A DNA stretch of 62,879 nt, filler included, from Stramenopiles sp. TOSAG23-2 (taxonomy: Eukaryota), in the NCBI GenBank assembly GCA_900128395.1. It is 19 parts of 19 records of this genome, joined end to end, with 100 filler letters (N's around TTAATTAATTAA, not from the genome) between each part and the next. Parts side by side here need not be neighbours in the genome. Positions count along the whole stretch, not along the records: positions 54,987 to 58,306 come from LT651261.1; positions 58,407 to 61,726 come from LT651262.1; positions 61,827 to 62,879 come from LT653886.1; 16 more parts are not named here. One strand, given 5' to 3'. Position 1 is the first letter of the stretch; every line of letters begins with the position of its first letter. Positions 58,078 through 62,879 of this stretch are shown piece by piece. The translations under genes and the position numbers were made by a program. Below the pieces are notes generated by a model that had not been told where the DNA came from, did no database searches, and saw only the letters and a list, made by a program, of their open reading frames with translations.

Positions 58078-58407
58078 CTTCTTCTTTTCTAATTTTCTAT
58101 TTTTCCTGTTACGTCTACTTAATGAATATGATTATATCGTTTTATATATCTAATTATATAATATATATATATATAAGTATATTATCTATTATGTATATTC
58201 CCATCTCATCCATTTTATTAATTAATATTTTTTTATTTTTTTTCATCAATTTTCATTTTTTAGTCTATTTTTTAATACAACAACTAAAATTTTAATGATG
58301 TGCATANNNNNNNNNNNNNNNNNNNNNNNNNNNNNNNNNNNNNNNNNNNNTTAATTAATTAANNNNNNNNNNNNNNNNNNNNNNNNNNNNNNNNNNNNNN
58401 NNNNNNT

Positions 58408-60198
58408 ATCAAGCAAGCTACGTCAACTTTTGTGAATGATTCTGGCAGCTATGACGACAACGATGAGATTAGCGATGAAGTGAAAGACAACGATAGCTTT
58501 GAATTAAATAATGGAATGGTGGACAGGAAAAAAAGCGTGGTTCAAAATAGAATAAAACAGTATGATCGCGATGCAGAATCCGTTTCGAAGAAGCAAGGAA
58601 CTTCAAATTTTATCAATAATTTTGAGAAATACAATAATGAAAATGGAATTAGTAGTGAGATGAAAGTTGGAGAAAGACAGCCCTTGAAAAAGGAAAAACA
58701 CGGAGGAAAAATAAGTCTAGTTCAAAGCCGAATTGAACAATATGACCGCCCACTGGAGCATGATGATGAAGATTTTTTCATACGGATGGAAAATGATGAA
58801 GAAGAAATCGTTGAAAATTCGAAGTCAACAACTTTTATGACAAATAATTTGGATGCTGCTGCTGCGGTAAAGGCACTACATGGTTTCCCAAACCGACCAA
58901 ATCGCACTCCGCCTAAATTAAAGCATATTGAAGAGCAAAATTCTAAAAGCAACTCTTCTTCTGGTCCTCTAAGACGCAGCGCGCCAAAATCACAACAATA
59001 CAAAGACGGACACGTTCTTCGACACGAAAATATCGAAAGTCGAAATTCAGAACAGCAGCAAGAAGCAGCGGGGACATCAGGAGAAGAAGAACAACAAAGC
59101 AAGAAAATAGAGATTGAACGACAGCGGAGTGATAGATCTATAAAGAAAGAAAATTTAGCCAATCGTATTGCTGCGATATCAAATAAATTTGTAGAAATCC
59201 AACGAGTTGTTAAACCATCAAAATTCCCTGTTGATCGTAACAATGATACTTTCGATGGTCTTTTAGATAGCCCAACGGAAAGACGAATAATAGAAGCGGA
59301 GGTATTAAAATACGAACAACAATTGGAAAATGGCTTACAATCACCTAAGAAGATCGGGAAAACACCGTCGCCAAAAGTTGAGAAAATAAATAACATTAAG
59401 AAAGAGGAGCTTGGAACATACATGCATGGATCGAACCGCATTGTATCATCAACAAAAGGCCAAAAGGTAAATTCCATTCTCGTACAGCCAAAAGAAAATC
59501 CAATTCCTTCTCCACTGCCTACAGGCATGAGAACTTCAACCACGCTAGTCGTAAAAGATCTTGTAGAAAGCCTTGAAAACATGGGCAACGTAAGTCCTAT
59601 AATTATCGCTTCAGCCGTCCCTGATGACGTCAATGATGAAGAAATAGAAAGAATATTAAATATGGATACAGAAGAGAACATTGAAAATCAAACTATTAAC
59701 GATGCTGATTTAAATGCCCAGAAACCAGAATGGAAACGAACGTTATACAAGCGTGATACGGTATTGCCTTTTTCGTCAATGTTGTCAACAATGAGTTCCA
59801 GGCATGGGACTGGTGTGAGGGAAGTACCCGATAACGTGATCGATAGAAGTTCTCCACTAAATGAAGTTGATTCGACATACCTGATCCAAGAAATACACCG
59901 TTTCATCGGGCAAAGCAAAAAAAGCATGAACAGTAATGAAGAACAAAGCCATGGTGTAAGAAAGTCTAAGAAGAAGAAAAATGGAAAAAAAAAGAAAAGG
60001 AAGAAAGCAAAAAAGCAAAAACGGAACCAGCCTCACCCAGTAGAGGCACATCAAGGAAATAGACTAACACCAAAGAGGCACCAACAGCAATCACGAAGGG
60101 TCAGACAAAAATATAGGAACCCACTGTTGAGAAATAGCACTAGCATAAAGGAAGAACAAAAAACATATATGGAACAAAATCTTGCGTCCTGGTACTAG
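58408..60198 (+). CDS. Hydrophilic low-complexity protein, 5' partial
   Basis: About 596 open codons; repeated VQ(N/S)RI(K/E)QYDR motif. Confidence 0.8.
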   Translation: MKQATSTFVNDSGSYDDNDEISDEVKDNDSFELNNGMVDRKKSVVQNRIKQYDRDAESVSKKQGTSNFINNFEKYNNENGISSEMKVGERQPLKKEKHGGKISLVQSRIEQYDRPLEHDDEDFFIRMENDEEEIVENSKSTTFMTNNLDAAAAVKALHGFPNRPNRTPPKLKHIEEQNSKSNSSSGPLRRSAPKSQQYKDGHVLRHENIESRNSEQQQEAAGTSGEEEQQSKKIEIERQRSDRSIKKENLANRIAAISNKFVEIQRVVKPSKFPVDRNNDTFDGLLDSPTERRIIEAEVLKYEQQLENGLQSPKKIGKTPSPKVEKINNIKKEELGTYMHGSNRIVSSTKGQKVNSILVQPKENPIPSPLPTGMRTSTTLVVKDLVESLENMGNVSPIIIASAVPDDVNDEEIERILNMDTEENIENQTINDADLNAQKPEWKRTLYKRDTVLPFSSMLSTMSSRHGTGVREVPDNVIDRSSPLNEVDSTYLIQEIHRFIGQSKKSMNSNEEQSHGVRKSKKKKNGKKKKRKKAKKQKRNQPHPVEAHQGNRLTPKRHQQQSRRVRQKYRNPLLRNSTSIKEEQKTYMEQNLASWY

Positions 60199-60635
60199 AG
60201 AAAAAAGAGAGAGGAGAGAATAAAAAGGAAGATTAAAAAATTTAAAACCCCTGTTCGTGTACGCGCATTCGTACGAGTATTAATTTATCATGTATATATC
60301 ACACATATTTATATCATTTTAGGATTTTCTTGGATGTATTTTTAATGATATCATACGACGTATGATACCTGGTACACTCAAATTGTTATTTTGAGAGATA
60401 TATTCATTTTTTATTTTTATTTATTTTAAAATATATATCATATATATATGCATCATATATAAAAAAACAATAATATTTTTTTCAAATTTTTTTTAAAGAA
60501 AAAGATAAAAACACATACCTTCCTTTCCTGCGGACAAAGAAGTTTTTTCTCTTTTTTCTCTTTTTTTTCAGAAATACTTTACATCCATTTCACCCTTTTT
60601 TTTTATGAGCTTTTATCCATTTTGAATCAACATGA

Positions 60636-61726
60636 CTACTGACTTCTATCTTGCCTGTTCTTTCCCCCAACTTTATAATATTTACTTGCTTTAACAATTG
60701 GTTTATTTATATCTAATGGACTTTTTCTTCTTAAACGTTTTACGGCACTACTATACACTTGATGAGGTGGTCTATATGCCCCAGGACCTGGTACAGCATC
60801 TACAGTGGATTGTTCCCCACCACTTTTGCCTGAAAAGATTTTTATTACTGTGGAATTTCTCATGGTTGATAGCACTTGTGGCCCGATGGTAGATCTACCA
60901 ACATATTGAGGCCCAGGTGATTCTGTCCCCAATGCATCAGATGGTGCACCTGGAAAGTACCATTTTTTCCTTGCATCTCTGCCAGCGGTGGCAAATACTA
61001 AACTTGGTGCACTGCGTATAGAGGATAGTGGCGATTTTCCCTGTACAGGCACAGGTTTATATTCATTTGGTGCTGGCAAACGACTTGCTCGTAACATAAC
61101 CCATTCCACATCGTCCATTGGAAATGCCGTACTAAATCTAACACCACCATCTGTATCAAGTCCCCGCCCAGCGACATTGTAAGATCCAGGACCTGGATTA
61201 TCTAATGTAGCCATTGGATTTACTTTCATATTTGGCTGGTGCATTTTACGGGAATCTTCTCGCGTGCCCAGTGCCATGCAAACAGAGCCTGGAGTTTTTA
61301 CACGTGGATCAGCTCCATATTTCATACTAATAACATCCCTTGCTGGTTGATTTAATCGGTTGGCTTCTCGATTAATTCGATGCATTTGTCGCTGTATGGA
61401 AATATAATCTGCTTGACACTGTTGATATTCAAGCTTTGCACTTTTTAAACTCCTTTTTTCCAATGATATACTTCTAACATTGCTTTGAATTTTTCGCTGC
61501 AAATCATCGATTTCAATTTCTAATGGAGTCATTTCTTCATCATCTTCTTCATCATCCACTTTTGGTATCTTCAATCCTAATTTTATGGCTTTCTTTTCCT
61601 CTTTCCTTTTCCTCTTTGCCTTTGCAGCATCTAATTTCCTTTTCCTTTCTTCTGCTTTCACTTGCTTTTCATTTAAATCAATCATTTGATTGTCATACGT
61701 GTTCACATCTTTTTCCAATTGAACAA
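60636..61726 (-). CDS. ODF3/SHIPPO PG-rich-repeat flagellar protein with N-terminal coiled coil, 5' partial
   Basis: NPGPGSY, PAPNEY, SPGPQY and PGPGAY repeats. Confidence 0.85.
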
Positions 61727-62111
61727 NNNNNNNNNNNNNNNNNNNNNNNNNNNNNNNNNNNNNNNNNNNNTTAATTAATTAANNNNNNNNNNNNNNNNNN
61801 NNNNNNNNNNNNNNNNNNNNNNNNNNTTTTCACAAATAGCATAGAAATAGCATTAATGAAATTAAACAATTTCAAAAAAGAAGGAAATTAGCATTAGTTC
61901 AATTAGTTAAATGATGATGTCCAGTAGTGCTCCTCCAATTCAAATATTTTTGCTGGTTAATTTGCATTTTTTATGTGCAAGGCACAGTGTTTTGATACAT
62001 ATATAAATTCTATGTACAAAACGAAAATATACTTTTTCAAATAAAAAGATACCATCGTGATAATTATATATATACTACATTTGAAAATACCAACAGAGAT
62101 ATCAATCTATA

Positions 62112-62879
62112 ATGGAGAAAGGATCGTCGTCATCATCTTCTAAAAAACTGTCATTAATTAACGAATATTTACAAAGCACTCAAGAGCAATTAAGAAGTGT
62201 GAAATATCCTAACAACATAACACGGTTAAAAGTATTGCAACGAGCATTTATTAATGAGTGTATAAGATTGAATGAAGACGAGATAACACTATCTGAATAT
62301 ATTAAAAAGTTGGAAAATGATGCTTCTACTATTGTAAAAATTCTTGAAACTCGTAGAAAAGAAAAGAAGAGAAAAGCCAAATTACTTAAAAGGAATGAAA
62401 ACAACAACGTTGATAATAATAATAATAATAATAGTGGAAGCAATGCATATGGTGACAATAGTAGTACTGGAAACGTTGATTATAGCAAACCTCATCAGAG
62501 CCAAGATAATAATAATAATAATCAAATGCATAATATGAAAAACCCACGTGCAATGTTAAAGGCCCAAGGAGAAGAAACTTCTGTAACTGTAGTGCATAGT
62601 AATAATACTTCATATCAAATGGTTCTTCCACAAACTAAAAATAATAATAATCGTAGTAATAATAATAGGGGAATACATTTATCAAAAAATACAAATAACA
62701 CGGTACATGAAAAAGGTCCTAAAAAGAAAAAGAAGAAAAAGAAAATTCTAAATGATAATAATAATTATGTAATACCAAACACAAATTCAACAACAACAAC
62801 GACAACAACTACTACTACTTTTGGTAGTAGTAGTACTACTGCTTCTATTAATGGTATTATTAATACCACAGAATTAAAT
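62112..62879 (+). CDS. Asn-rich hypothetical protein, 3' partial (not in the ORF track)
   Basis: ATG at 62112 (MEKGSSSSSSKKLSLINEY...); frame open to window end. Confidence 0.8.
   Translation, partial: MEKGSSSSSSKKLSLINEYLQSTQEQLRSVKYPNNITRLKVLQRAFINECIRLNEDEITLSEYIKKLENDASTIVKILETRRKEKKRKAKLLKRNENNNVDNNNNNNSGSNAYGDNSSTGNVDYSKPHQSQDNNNNNQMHNMKNPRAMLKAQGEETSVTVVHSNNTSYQMVLPQTKNNNNRSNNNRGIHLSKNTNNTVHEKGPKKKKKKKKILNDNNNYVIPNTNSTTTTTTTTTTFGSSSTTASINGIINTTELN

Noticed and set aside
58722-59681. 319-aa antisense ORF (and similar shadows at 7310, 8280, 26769, 32556, 39252)
   Set aside because: These are Ser/Phe/Leu-rich shadows of Glu/Lys-rich genes on the opposite strand.
1-62879. Non-standard genetic code or stop readthrough
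   Set aside because: Conserved genes (NOP56, VAMP7, GpsA, NDUFA5) translate fully with the standard code, and TAA, TGA and TAG all occur as stops at expected ends.

Overview
This is not one locus. It is a concatenation of 19 short contigs (about 3.32-3.35 kb, sorted by decreasing length; the last is cut by the window) joined by an artificial 100-nt linker (N44-TTAATTAATTAA-N44). The DNA is from an AT-rich, intron-poor microbial eukaryote using the standard code and GT-AG introns. Poly-Asn proteins, a flagellar ODF3-like gene and apparent amplification chimeras suggest a single-cell or metagenome assembly of a flagellate, possibly a stramenopile (inference). Recognisable genes include NDUFA5, a calcineurin-B-like EF-hand protein, RanGAP, a TMEM145/GPR180-like protein, a PhyH-type dioxygenase, a polycystin-like channel, TRRAP, a GpsA-type G3P dehydrogenase, VAMP7, NOP56, an alpha2-delta-like VWA protein and an ODF3-like protein. 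The most interesting part is contig 2 (3452-6801), which has no real ORF. It carries a minus-strand, apparently intron-hosted snoRNA cluster: a clear U14, a C/D guide for the yeast-Am807-equivalent 28S site, an orphan C/D RNA, a three-hairpin H/ACA RNA, an unclassified K-turn/three-way-junction RNA, and a ~180-nt C/D RNA. The last has split antisense elements flanking the 18S helix-34 acetylated cytidine, making it a candidate snR4-type acetylation guide outside fungi. Other notable items are a HEPN-like/ankyrin fusion, a probably catalytically dead nucleotidyl cyclase, a DA1-type peptidase with a zinc-finger array, foldback elements and recurrent intergenic hairpin motifs. No database searches were run; family calls rest on recalled motifs.
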